From the NCBI GenBank assembly GCA_963809485.1, contig CAWEJX010000015.1:96001-160000 (forward strand): a DNA stretch of 64,000 bases, given 5' to 3'. A program made the translations under genes and the position numbers. A model generated the notes under the pieces. The model ran no database searches. It saw nothing but the letters and a program-made list of their open reading frames with translations, and had not been told where the DNA came from. This document shows, piece after piece, positions 18,636 through 28,226 of the stretch; position 1 is the first letter of the stretch; the number at the start of each line of letters is the position of its first letter. This DNA is from an uncultured Acidobacteriota bacterium (GTDB taxonomy: Bacteria > Acidobacteriota > UBA6911).

Positions 18636-19862
18636 TTATTTAATCCGCTTGAGGTTGCGGCGGCTGTTCATCAAGCCTTCCGGCGGGTCCGGCGTGCGAT
18701 TTGCAGGGCTGAATGGATCATGCAATACATTGGCGGGCTGAGTTCTCAGCACCAGGTCATAGGCCGAGTCGGCGACGATTCGATCGTCGATCACCTGAAG
18801 GTCCGCCCGCGCCGCCAGAGACAGCGAATGCCGGCAGAGCATGTTGATGTTCAGCGGGATGCCGCGCGAATACAGCGCAATCGACGCCAGCGCCTCGGAG
18901 CTGAACATTTGCCGCGTGCAGCCCGCAATCCGCAGCCGGTGCAGGACGTAATTGCGCACCTCGGCCTCATCCAGGGGTGCGAGCCGGCAGCTGATGTTGA
19001 TCCCGGTGCTGACCGGAGCCAGACGGCCGCCGCTGAGCTTTTCCATCAATCCCTGTCTTCCCGCCAGCACGATCTGGACGAGCTTGTGCCGGGATTCTTC
19101 GAGCTGGGAGAAGAGGCAGAGGTTTTCCAGGGTATCCAGGTTCAGCTCCTGGGCTTCATCACAGATCAGGGTGACCCTGCGTCCCGCCTGGTCTTTCGCG
19201 AGCAGCCGGCTTTTCAGATTCTGCAGGTTTTCCCAGACGTCGGTCCCCGCGCATTCCATGCCCAGAAGGCCCATGACGGCGCGGATGAACTCCGCCCGGC
19301 TGTCGAAGGAGCCCGGCACAACCACGATTTCCGATTCGGCCCGGAGGCTTTCGGCCAGGTAGTTGAGCAGGACTGTTTTTCCCATTCCCGCCTGCGCGAA
19401 TAGCACTCCGATGCCCCGGGCTTCGCGCACCATAGCGCACAGGGCGGAAAACACCTCGTGGTGCACGCGGCTTTGGTAGTAGTACCTGGGATCGGGCGAG
19501 AAGCTGAACGGATCTTCGTACATCCCGCCGAACTTGCGGTATTTCCTGGTGCGGCCCGGAGGCCCGGGCAGCCCTCTTTCCAGTAGCAGCGCGATCCTGG
19601 CTTCCTCCCCGCCCCAGCGGTTCTCCAGCAGGAAGGCCCGGCATTGATAGCGCCTGCGGCCCGACTGGAATTCCGTGACGAACACGACCGGGGTGCAGGC
19701 GACGTGGCGCGGCAGGAAAGACAGGATCTTCTGCGTCAATATCCCGTCCAGGGCTTCGGGCCGGGAGACATTATTCGGATACCCGAGAATCCTGATGGAT
19801 TCCGGGTCCGCATAAACAGGCCGGAAAGAGGCGTCGATCAAGAGAAACCCGGACGAACCCAA
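18636..19862 (-). CDS. ExeA/GspA-like AAA ATPase with an extra N-terminal domain
   Basis: DPFSFSPDPRYYY, Walker A AQAGMGKT, Walker B LICDEAQ, QIVLAG, YVLHRLRIAG, SRGIPLNINMLC. Confidence 0.85.
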   Translation of the reverse strand: MGSSGFLLIDASFRPVYADPESIRILGYPNNVSRPEALDGILTQKILSFLPRHVACTPVVFVTEFQSGRRRYQCRAFLLENRWGGEEARIALLLERGLPGPPGRTRKYRKFGGMYEDPFSFSPDPRYYYQSRVHHEVFSALCAMVREARGIGVLFAQAGMGKTVLLNYLAESLRAESEIVVVPGSFDSRAEFIRAVMGLLGMECAGTDVWENLQNLKSRLLAKDQAGRRVTLICDEAQELNLDTLENLCLFSQLEESRHKLVQIVLAGRQGLMEKLSGGRLAPVSTGINISCRLAPLDEAEVRNYVLHRLRIAGCTRQMFSSEALASIALYSRGIPLNINMLCRHSLSLAARADLQVIDDRIVADSAYDLVLRTQPANVLHDPFSPANRTPDPPEGLMNSRRNLKRIK

Positions 19863-19957
19863 GGAACTCCTCCGCTCAGATACACTTTCAACTGGATATG
19901 GATGAGGGAAGTTTAATTATCGCCTTTTTTGATGATTGGGTCAACCAAATTCCTATT

Positions 19958-20081
19958 ACGTTGGAACGTTTGCACGTTTGCACGTTTGAATGTTTGAACG
20001 TTTAAACGTTTTAACGTTCTAACGTGCCAACGTTTTAACGTGCCAACGTTTTAACGTGCCAACGTTCAACGTTCAACGTTT
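19958..20081. repeat. Tandem array of ~15 7/8-bp AACGTT/CACGTT units
   Basis: ACGTTGGAACGTTTGCACGTTTGCACGTTTGAATGTTTGAACGTTTAAACGTTTTAACGTTCTAACGTGCC...; same unit family as 8356-8486. Confidence 0.9.
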
Positions 20082-20115
20082 CTGCTACAATAGGTACAGA
20101 ACGGATGCAAATTCC

Positions 20116-22521
20116 ATGAACGTAAATGCGGCACCCGAGCCCTTCCCACGAAACGTGATTCTTACCGATTATGCCATCGCGCATCGCAGCCGGCTCGCAA
20201 GCATCATTGCGCGGCAGGAGGTCTTTTCCGGAAAAGCCAAGTTCGGCATTTTCGGCGACGGCAAAGAAGTCGCGCAGGTTGCGCTGGCGCATGCTTTCGA
20301 AAAGGGCGATTTCCGGAGCGGGTACTACCGCGACCAGACGCTCATGTTTGCCCTTGGCCTGTTGAGTCTGGAGCAGTTTTTTGCCCAGCACTATCAGCAC
20401 GCCGATCCCGCCGCCGAGCCTTTTTTCGGCGGGCGGTCCATGACCGGGCATTTTGCCACGCGCCTGCTCAATCCCGACGGCAGTTGGAGAAATCAGCGCG
20501 CTTCCGTCAACTCATCCGCGGACCTTTCCCCGACCGGCGCCCAGATGCCCCGCCTCGTCGGCCTGGCGCTGGCTTCGAGGCTCTACCGGCAGATTGATGG
20601 AAAAAAGTCGCAGACAGGCCTTTTCAGCGATACCGGCGACGAAATAGCCTTCGGCACCATCGGCAACGCGTCGTGTGCCGAGGGAATTTTCTGGGAAGCC
20701 GTGAATGCCGTGGCGGTGCTCCAGGCGCCGATGCTCCTGTCCATATGGGACGACGGCTACGGCATTTCCGTCCCCAACGAGCTGCAATTCGCCAAAGCAG
20801 ATCTGAGCAAGATCCTCGCTGGATTCCGGCGCCAGGAGGGCGAGGTCTCCGGGATCGATGTATACACGGCGCGCGGCTGGGATTATGTGCAGTTGTGCCA
20901 GACCTATCGGGATGCGTCCGCCCTGGTCCGGCGCACTCATACACCGGCGATTGTGCACGTCATCGAGCTGACCCAGCCCCAGGGGCATTCGACATCGGGC
21001 AGTCACGAGCGGTACAAGTCCGCCGAAAGGCTGAAATGGGAGCGCGAATACGACTGCCTGCGCAAAATACGCGAGTGGATCCTCGGTGAAGCGATCGTGA
21101 CGCCCGAGGAATTGAACGAGCTTGAAGCGATCGAAAAGCAATACGTGCTGGATGCCCGCGAGCGTGCGTGGGAATCGTTCCGCGCGCCCATTGAGAAGGA
21201 GCGCGGGGACCTGCTGAAGTTTCTCGGTCTGGCGGCCAAAGATCATCCAACCTGCCCCGCTCTCGGCAGCATCTGTCTGTCGCTCGAGCAGATCAAATAT
21301 CCTTTCCGGCGGGACCTGATGGCGGCTGCCGGCGAAGCCCTGGCGGCCTTGCGCGCTGAGGCCTCCGCCTCGAAGCAGAAACTGGTCGACTGGAAAATCA
21401 GCCAGGACGCCGCCAGTTTCGACCGCTACAATTCAGGCCTTTACAGCGAGTCCGATCAGTCCGCCTGCAAGGTAGATTGGGTTCCGGCCGTATATTCGCC
21501 CTCTTCGCCCGTCAAACAGGGCTTCGAGATTCTCAACGCCTGCTTCGACGCCGCCTTCGCGCGCTATCCCGAGCTGCTGGCCATGGGAGAAGATGTCGGC
21601 CGCATGGGCGACGTCAACCAGGGGATGGCGGGGCTGCAGGCCAAATACGGCCCCTGGCGCATCATGGACACGGGGATACGCGAGGCCACCATCGTGGGAC
21701 AGGCGATCGGCCTTGCCCTACGCGGTTTCAGGCCGATTGCCGACATCCAGTACCTCGACTATCTGCTCTATGCGCTGCAGACCATGTCGGACGACCTCGC
21801 GTCTCTGAGGTGGCGCACAAAGGGCGGGCAAAAGGCTCCGGTCATTATCCGCACGCGGGGCCACCGGCTGGAAGGGATCTGGCATTCGGGTTCCCCGATG
21901 GCGGGGATAATAAATCTCATACGCGGGATTTACGTGTGCGTTCCCAGGGATGCCACGCAGGCTGCGGGCTTTTATAACACCATGCTTCAGTCGGACGATT
22001 GCGCCCTGATCGTGGAAGTATTGAATGCCTACCGGAAAAAAGCGAAACTGCCGGACAATATCGGTGAGTTCACCATTCCTTTAGGGGTGCCCGAGATCAT
22101 CAGGCCGGGTAAAGAAGTTACGGTGGCGACCTATGGCGCCTGCTGTCCCATAGCGATGGAAGCGGCCGATCAGTTGCATGAGCTGGGCATCGAGGTAGAG
22201 CTGATCGATGTGCGCACGCTTCTTCCTTTCGACCTCGGCGGCATGATTGTGGAATCACTCAGGAAGACCAGCCGTATTCTTTTTCTGGACGAGGATTACC
22301 CGGGAGGAGCGACAGCTTATATGATGCAGAAGGTTCTTGAGGAGCAGGGCGGATATGAATTTCTCGACGGCGCTCCGCGGACGCTGACCGCGAGGGAACA
22401 CAGGCCCGCGGCCGGTTCGGACGGCGATTATTTTTCCAAGCCCAACCGCGAACAGATATTCAGCATCATCTACGATATGATGCGCGCCGCCCACCCCTCC
22501 CGTTTCCCGAAGCTTTTTTGA
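20116..22521 (+). CDS. Fused alpha/beta E1 of a 2-oxoacid (probably branched-chain) dehydrogenase
   Basis: SGYYRD, ThDP-region GNASCAEG...WDDGYGIS, GHSTSG, beta-part MGEDV...DTGIREATIVG...IADIQY.DY. Confidence 0.9.
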   Translation: MNVNAAPEPFPRNVILTDYAIAHRSRLASIIARQEVFSGKAKFGIFGDGKEVAQVALAHAFEKGDFRSGYYRDQTLMFALGLLSLEQFFAQHYQHADPAAEPFFGGRSMTGHFATRLLNPDGSWRNQRASVNSSADLSPTGAQMPRLVGLALASRLYRQIDGKKSQTGLFSDTGDEIAFGTIGNASCAEGIFWEAVNAVAVLQAPMLLSIWDDGYGISVPNELQFAKADLSKILAGFRRQEGEVSGIDVYTARGWDYVQLCQTYRDASALVRRTHTPAIVHVIELTQPQGHSTSGSHERYKSAERLKWEREYDCLRKIREWILGEAIVTPEELNELEAIEKQYVLDARERAWESFRAPIEKERGDLLKFLGLAAKDHPTCPALGSICLSLEQIKYPFRRDLMAAAGEALAALRAEASASKQKLVDWKISQDAASFDRYNSGLYSESDQSACKVDWVPAVYSPSSPVKQGFEILNACFDAAFARYPELLAMGEDVGRMGDVNQGMAGLQAKYGPWRIMDTGIREATIVGQAIGLALRGFRPIADIQYLDYLLYALQTMSDDLASLRWRTKGGQKAPVIIRTRGHRLEGIWHSGSPMAGIINLIRGIYVCVPRDATQAAGFYNTMLQSDDCALIVEVLNAYRKKAKLPDNIGEFTIPLGVPEIIRPGKEVTVATYGACCPIAMEAADQLHELGIEVELIDVRTLLPFDLGGMIVESLRKTSRILFLDEDYPGGATAYMMQKVLEEQGGYEFLDGAPRTLTAREHRPAAGSDGDYFSKPNREQIFSIIYDMMRAAHPSRFPKLF

Positions 22522-22537
22522 AAACAAACCCAATCAG

Positions 22538-22621
22538 CATTAACTGCTGAGAAAATGGTATCTATCTATTTTTTTCAGCGGGCGTCAGCGTTTTTCAGCG
22601 TGCGTCAGCGTTAAAATTTAT
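22538..22621 (+). repeat. TCAGCG element copy 4
   Basis: CATTAACTGCTGAGAAAATGGTATCTATCTATTTT plus four 10-bp units plus AATTTAT; ends 17 bp before the gdh ATG. Confidence 0.9.
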
Positions 22622-22637
22622 CGAGGACCCAACTGCC

Positions 22638-25600
22638 ATGATTACCAAAGATCCTGTCAAAAGAGCCCGGGTAGTTTCGCAGGTCATCGAAATACTCAAC
22701 CGCATCGCGGCCCCGGAGGACAAACACCTTGCTCTGTCCATCGCGCCCGTAATCCTGGGGGAAGCATCGGACCGGATCATGTTCCTGCTTGATCCCGAAA
22801 TACTGGCCAGGCGCCTCATGTACCACTTCAAATTCATCGTCCACGAAATGCCCCCTTCGATCCAGCTCGTAAAAGGCCCGCCGGGCATCCACGTCGCCGT
22901 CTACAATCCGGACGACGAGGAAGCCCTCGCTATGGGCGGAGGCGCCGGCGCTCCCCTCGAATCTACGGTCGTGCGCACCCACACTCTCGACGCGCCCTTC
23001 ATCTTCGACAGCCTGAAAAACTACTTCAGCAAGGCCGGCCTGAGGGTTTTTTCTGCGGTGCATCCGACCTTTGCCGTGCGCCGCCAATGGGAACGCATCG
23101 TATGGATCGGCCCCCCGCACGAAGAGGGCATCCGGGAATCTTACTGCCAGTTCCAGATCGAGCCGGTGGACTCGCAGGAGCGCCTGCGCCGAATGCAGCA
23201 CGAAATCTTTTCGGTCCTGAAATGTGTCTTCCTCGCGGTCGAGGATTTCCAGCCCATGGCCGCACAGACGAAGGAAATCGCGCGCCTGTTGCGGGGCAAA
23301 TCCGAAAATGCCGCGGAGCTGGCTTCCGCGCGCGCGTTTGCCGATTGGCTGCCGGAGGAAAACTACATATTTCTCGGCCTGGCGCGCTATTCCCAGGGGG
23401 AAGACGGCCGTCTGCACCGGAGCGAGGACACGGTCCTCGGCGTTTTCCGCGACCCGGAACTGCTGCCCGTCGTGTTTCCCAATCTCGTGGACGAGGCGGA
23501 ATCGCACATCCTGCCGGCTGCGGACGATGCCAGGATCGTCTGCCTCGATTTCAGCAAAAATTCATCGGCCCTGCATCACCTGGAGCCGATCGATTACGTC
23601 ATCTTCCGCGAGTGGGACGCCCAAGGCAACTTCAGCGGCGCTTCCCTTCTACTTGGAAGGTTTTCCCGCGGGGCCTATTCCCAGCGGTCGGAGCGGATCC
23701 CTTTACTCAGGGAAAAAATCCAATGGATCCTCGAGGACAGCCAGGCGGACCGCAATTCCTTTATATACCGCGAGCTGGTTTCAACCTTCAACCGCATGCC
23801 CATGCGCGAACTGTTCTACGCTCCTCCCGCCACGCTGAAGGGGCTGATGGAGCCGATCGCCTTCATGCTCAGCGATGAGGAAATCGTGGTGCGCATGCGC
23901 CGGGGCGCCGGCTATATCTCTCTGGCCATCGCCTTCTCGCGGTTGCGCTACTCCTATGGGCTGGAGGCCGGCATACGCAAGGCGTTTGCCGAGGCGTTCG
24001 GCCCGGTGGCTTTCGAGACCCTGGCGGATTGCGGCTCCGCCAACCTGCTCCTGTTCTATTTCGACCTGGACCGCCTGATCCACCCCATCGACGAAGAAGC
24101 GGTGCTGAAAATTGCCTCGACGCTGATTCGCAATTGGGAAGACAAGGTTTTCGCCGAAGTTGAAGCTGTTTATGGGGAGCGCGAAGGCCGTCGCCTTTTC
24201 CAGCGCTTCGTCACCGCCGAAACCCGCAGCGGCCTTTATCGGGAGATTACTCCGCCGGAGATGGTTCCGGAAGACCTGCGCCACCTCAACCAGCTGGAGT
24301 CCCGCCTGGAAGTGCGCATCGTCCCCAGGTCAGCCGATACGGCCAGGCTTCATCTATACTCCATGCACGCCCTGGGCTTGACCGAAACCCTCAGGACTCT
24401 CGATAACCTGGGATTCGAGGTCACGGATGAGATTCGTATTCCGCTGCTGCTTCCCGAAGACCGCAAATGCTACCTCTACCGCTTCGAGATACGCGGCGCG
24501 CCGGCTCAGATTCAGGCGCTGAAGGAGGGCGAGGACCGCTTTGTCGAGGCTCTGCGCGTGCTGGACGAGGACCGGGCGACGAACGACGCGCTGAACGGCT
24601 TGATATTGTCTGTCGGCCTGGGCTGGCGCGACGTCGAAGCCCTGCGCACAGTGCGAAATCACCTGGTGCAGATCCGCCAGTACTACAACGCCGATACGGT
24701 CAACCGCGTTCTTCTGAACAACAGTTCTGTGGCCGGAGCTTTGTTCCGGTGCTTTTCGGCCCGTTTCGACCCGGCTTTACCCGGCGACCGGCAGGAAGCG
24801 ATGCAGGCGGCTGAAAGGGTTTTCCAGACTGCGCTGGATACGGTGGCCAGCCTCGCCGATGACGAAATCCTGCGGGCGATGCACAACCTTATACTGAGTT
24901 CCCTGCGCACCAACTTTTACCAGCTTCCCGAGCGTCCCGTGTTTTCGATCAAGGTGGAAAGCGGCAAGGTCGAAAACATGCCGGCGCCGATACCCATGTT
25001 CGAAATATATGTCCACTCCAACAAGATCGAGGGGATTCACCTGCGCGGCGGGCGCGTCGCCCGGGGCGGCATACGCTGGAGCGACAGGCACGACGATTTC
25101 AGGACAGAGATCCTGGGCCTGATGAAGACTCAGATGCTGAAGAACACCATCATTGTGCCGGTCGGGTCCAAGGGAGGATTTGTGCTCAAGGGCGATGTGC
25201 CGGCCCGCCCCGCGCTCGACGCCTATCTCGTCCGGCGTTACAGCGAATACATTTCAGGATTGCTGGACGTTACCGATAACATCGCGGACGGGCAGATTCT
25301 GCATCCCCCCGAAGTAGTGCGGCAGGACGAGGACGATTCCTACCTGGTTGTGGCTGCGGACAAGGGTACGGCCCATCTTTCGGACACGGCCAACGGCATT
25401 TCGGAACATTACGGGTACTGGCTGGGAGACGCCTTCGCGTCCGGCGGCAAGACGGGGTACGACCACAAAAAGATCGGCATTACGGCCCGGGGCGCCTGGG
25501 AGTGCGTCAAACACCATTTCCGAAATCTTGGCACGGACATCCAGAAGGAGCCGTTCACGGTCTGCGCAATCGGCGATATGGCGGGCGATGTTTTCGGCAA

Positions 25601-26873
25601 CGGAATGCTTCAGAGCAGAACAACGCGGATGGTTGCGGCGTTCAATCACATGCACATTTTTATCGACCCCAATCCTGATCCCGAAAAAAGCTACAGGGAG
25701 CGGGAAAGAGTGTTCAATCTTCCGCGATCGACGTGGCGCGATTATGACGCATCGGCGATCAGTGAAGGGGGCGGCATTTTCGATCGTTCGGCCAAGGCCA
25801 TCAAGCTGAGCCCGCAGATGCAGGCGCTGCTGGGCATTCAGGCCGAGAGCGCCAGCGGCGAGGAGTTGATCCGGCGCATTCTGACGGCGCAGGTTGATCT
25901 GCTTTACAACGGGGGCATCGGGACGTACATCAAGGCGACCGGCGAATCCGATGCCGAGGTCGGCGACCGGACCAACGACCGTGTCCGCGTGAATGCGGCG
26001 GAAGTCCGGGCCCGCGTCGTGGGGGAAGGCGGCAATCTGGGCATTACTCAGAAGGGGCGGATCGAGTACTGGATGCACGGCGGGCTGATCAACACCGACG
26101 CCCTGGACAATTCAGGCGGCGTGGACACATCCGACCACGAGGTGAACCTCAAGATTCTGCTCGACCTGCTGCTGAAAAAAGGGATTGTGCGCAGCAAGGA
26201 GGAACGCAACACGCTGCTGGCGGAGATGACGGAGGAGGTGGCGGCGCTGGTGCTGGCCGACAACGTGAACCAGTCCCGGGCGCTTTCGCTGGATGGACTG
26301 CGCAGTGCAGCGGATTATGCGTCCTATGTGAAGCTTACGGATGAAATGCTATCGCGCGGTATTGTGGACCGGCATTATGCGCATCTGCCGTTAAGCGAGG
26401 AATTGCGGCGCAGCGAGCAAAGGAAGCGCGGGCTGCCCAGGCCGCTGCTGGCGGACCTGCTGGGATACACGAAGATGTGGGGCTCCGACGGAATCATGGG
26501 CGGGGATCTGCCGGACAGCGATGTGGCGCTTCCCTACCTGCAGGGTTATTTCCCGAAGCGCCTGCACAAAGACTTTGGCGCGTACTTCAGGGAGCATCCT
26601 TTGCGCCGGGAGATCATTGCGACTGCGGTGATCAATTACGTGGTGAACAACGGGGGAATTGGTCTGTTGCCGCGTCTGATGCTGGCAAGCGGCAAGGGGC
26701 TCAGCGAAGTGATTGCGGCTTATTTGACGGCGGACCGGGATTCTGCTGCGTGCACCCGCCGCCAGCAAATCCTCGATGCGGGACTTGCAGCCCACCCCGA
26801 GCACGAAGCTCTGCTTGAAATCGAGAACGCCCTGGAATCCGCCACCCTGGCATGCCTTGCCACAAGTCCTTGA
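22638..26873 (+). CDS. gdhB: Large NAD-specific glutamate dehydrogenase
   Basis: GIHLRGGRVARGGIRWSDR, LMKTQMLKN, VPVGSKGG, VVAADKGTA, GDAFASGG, GDMAGDVFGNG, GEGGNLG, DNSGGVDTSDHEVN. Confidence 0.95.
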   Translation: MITKDPVKRARVVSQVIEILNRIAAPEDKHLALSIAPVILGEASDRIMFLLDPEILARRLMYHFKFIVHEMPPSIQLVKGPPGIHVAVYNPDDEEALAMGGGAGAPLESTVVRTHTLDAPFIFDSLKNYFSKAGLRVFSAVHPTFAVRRQWERIVWIGPPHEEGIRESYCQFQIEPVDSQERLRRMQHEIFSVLKCVFLAVEDFQPMAAQTKEIARLLRGKSENAAELASARAFADWLPEENYIFLGLARYSQGEDGRLHRSEDTVLGVFRDPELLPVVFPNLVDEAESHILPAADDARIVCLDFSKNSSALHHLEPIDYVIFREWDAQGNFSGASLLLGRFSRGAYSQRSERIPLLREKIQWILEDSQADRNSFIYRELVSTFNRMPMRELFYAPPATLKGLMEPIAFMLSDEEIVVRMRRGAGYISLAIAFSRLRYSYGLEAGIRKAFAEAFGPVAFETLADCGSANLLLFYFDLDRLIHPIDEEAVLKIASTLIRNWEDKVFAEVEAVYGEREGRRLFQRFVTAETRSGLYREITPPEMVPEDLRHLNQLESRLEVRIVPRSADTARLHLYSMHALGLTETLRTLDNLGFEVTDEIRIPLLLPEDRKCYLYRFEIRGAPAQIQALKEGEDRFVEALRVLDEDRATNDALNGLILSVGLGWRDVEALRTVRNHLVQIRQYYNADTVNRVLLNNSSVAGALFRCFSARFDPALPGDRQEAMQAAERVFQTALDTVASLADDEILRAMHNLILSSLRTNFYQLPERPVFSIKVESGKVENMPAPIPMFEIYVHSNKIEGIHLRGGRVARGGIRWSDRHDDFRTEILGLMKTQMLKNTIIVPVGSKGGFVLKGDVPARPALDAYLVRRYSEYISGLLDVTDNIADGQILHPPEVVRQDEDDSYLVVAADKGTAHLSDTANGISEHYGYWLGDAFASGGKTGYDHKKIGITARGAWECVKHHFRNLGTDIQKEPFTVCAIGDMAGDVFGNGMLQSRTTRMVAAFNHMHIFIDPNPDPEKSYRERERVFNLPRSTWRDYDASAISEGGGIFDRSAKAIKLSPQMQALLGIQAESASGEELIRRILTAQVDLLYNGGIGTYIKATGESDAEVGDRTNDRVRVNAAEVRARVVGEGGNLGITQKGRIEYWMHGGLINTDALDNSGGVDTSDHEVNLKILLDLLLKKGIVRSKEERNTLLAEMTEEVAALVLADNVNQSRALSLDGLRSAADYASYVKLTDEMLSRGIVDRHYAHLPLSEELRRSEQRKRGLPRPLLADLLGYTKMWGSDGIMGGDLPDSDVALPYLQGYFPKRLHKDFGAYFREHPLRREIIATAVINYVVNNGGIGLLPRLMLASGKGLSEVIAAYLTADRDSAACTRRQQILDAGLAAHPEHEALLEIENALESATLACLATSP

Positions 26874-26893
26874 GGAGCCTTCTGACTTTATTG

Positions 26894-26938
26894 TCAGCGT
26901 ACGTCAGCGCTCATCGGCGTACGTCAGCGTTAAAATTT
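26894..26938 (+). repeat. TCAGCG element copy 5 (right arm only)
   Basis: TCAGCGTACG-TCAGCGCTCA-TCGGCGTACG-TCAGCGTTAA-AATTT between convergent gdh and elbB. Confidence 0.85.
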
Positions 26939-26958
26939 CCGCGATAAGCTACTATCCT

Positions 26959-27621
26959 TTATGCCATCTCCAACACCTTCGCCACCAGCTTCTCCGCTCC
27001 CTCCCCCACTTCCTTAATGCTCTGCGCCAGCATATAGCACGGCGTTGTGACGATCTTGTTCTTCTCATCCACAACAATCTCGTTCACCTGCGCGTTCTTA
27101 TGCTTTGCGCCCATCTTCTCCATGGCAGACGCAGTCCCGGGATCGGTCCCGATGGTGAGCTCAACGCCAAAGTCCTTGCCAAACAACCGCGCGATTAGCG
27201 CCGGAGCGATGCAGAGCGCGCCGATAGGCTTCTTCTGTCGATGCATCTCGCCAAGCAGCCGGGCGACATCCTCGTCGGCCTTGCAATCCGTGCCATCCAT
27301 GGCGAAGGTGCAGAGGTTTTTGGCGGATCCGAAACCGCCGGGTATGACAATGGCGTCCAGATCGGCCGCCTTGACCGTTTTTACGTCTTTGATATTCCCC
27401 CGGGCGATGCGCGCCGCCTCGACCATAGCGTTGCGTTTTTCCGCAACCGGCTTTTCGGTGATGTGGTTTACGACATCGTGAAGATCCTTGTCGGGCGCCA
27501 TACAGATGTATTCGGCGCCATGTTTATCGAGAAAATAGAGCGTGAGGGTCGCCTCGTGAATTTCGCTGCCGTCTTTGACGCCGCAGCCCGCCAGCAGAAC
27601 GCCGACTTTTTTCTTAGCCAT
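26959..27621 (-). CDS. elbB: ElbB/ES1-type glyoxalase (DJ-1/PfpI family)
   Basis: LAGCGVKDGSEIHEA, RNAMVEAARIARG, PGGFGSAKNLC, CIAP, TPCYML. Confidence 0.93.
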   Translation of the reverse strand: MAKKKVGVLLAGCGVKDGSEIHEATLTLYFLDKHGAEYICMAPDKDLHDVVNHITEKPVAEKRNAMVEAARIARGNIKDVKTVKAADLDAIVIPGGFGSAKNLCTFAMDGTDCKADEDVARLLGEMHRQKKPIGALCIAPALIARLFGKDFGVELTIGTDPGTASAMEKMGAKHKNAQVNEIVVDEKNKIVTTPCYMLAQSIKEVGEGAEKLVAKVLEMA

Positions 27622-27668
27622 AACGCCTCCTTTAATCTTTTCCCCGAATTAAACCAAAATCCTCCCTC

Positions 27669-27760
27669 AATCAACATTAACTGATGAGAAAATATTATTT
27701 ATATAAAATTTTTCAGCGTGCGTCAGCGTTTATCGGCGTACGTCAGCGTTAAAATTAATG
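27669..27760 (+). repeat. TCAGCG element copy 6
   Basis: AATCAACATTAACTGATGAGAAAATATT...plus four 10-bp units plus AATTAATG; 10 bp from the IS end. Confidence 0.9.
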
Positions 27761-27878
27761 TGCAGGCTTCCCTAATCCCGCGCTAAGGGGCCGAGGGGCG
27801 CGTCATCCCTGCAATTCCTAAAACTTTTCTGGAGAAAATGCTTGACTTTTTATTATGGATGGGATACATAGCCAATCC

Positions 27879-28226
27879 ATGGAAACCTTACAACGGATTC
27901 AGCTCGAAAAACAGCGGGATGCTTTGCTGGAACAATTGCACGGAATTGGCAACCTCATGCGCGGAACCCTGGTTCAGACGAAGGTCCGCTGCGGACGCAA
28001 AGGTTGTGTCTGCGAAACTGGCGAGAAGCATGTGAAGGTGCATTTGTCTCTGAATCTCCACGGGCGCACCCGAGGCTGTTATGTGGGAGAGCGGGAAGAA
28101 GCAGTTGCTGCCCTGATCCGCGAATATCAGCGTGCGTGGCACCTGATCGAACAGTTGACGGAAGTGAACCTGGAACTGATCCGCGGGAATCATCCGGGCG
28201 GACGACGGAGCAAGAAACGGAGATGA
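27879..28226 (+). CDS. IS accessory protein (DUF6788-like, Cys/His cluster)
   Basis: LMRGTL...RCGRKGCVCETGEKH; stop overlaps the transposase start (ATGA); alternative start 27855. Confidence 0.8.
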   Translation: METLQRIQLEKQRDALLEQLHGIGNLMRGTLVQTKVRCGRKGCVCETGEKHVKVHLSLNLHGRTRGCYVGEREEAVAALIREYQRAWHLIEQLTEVNLELIRGNHPGGRRSKKRR

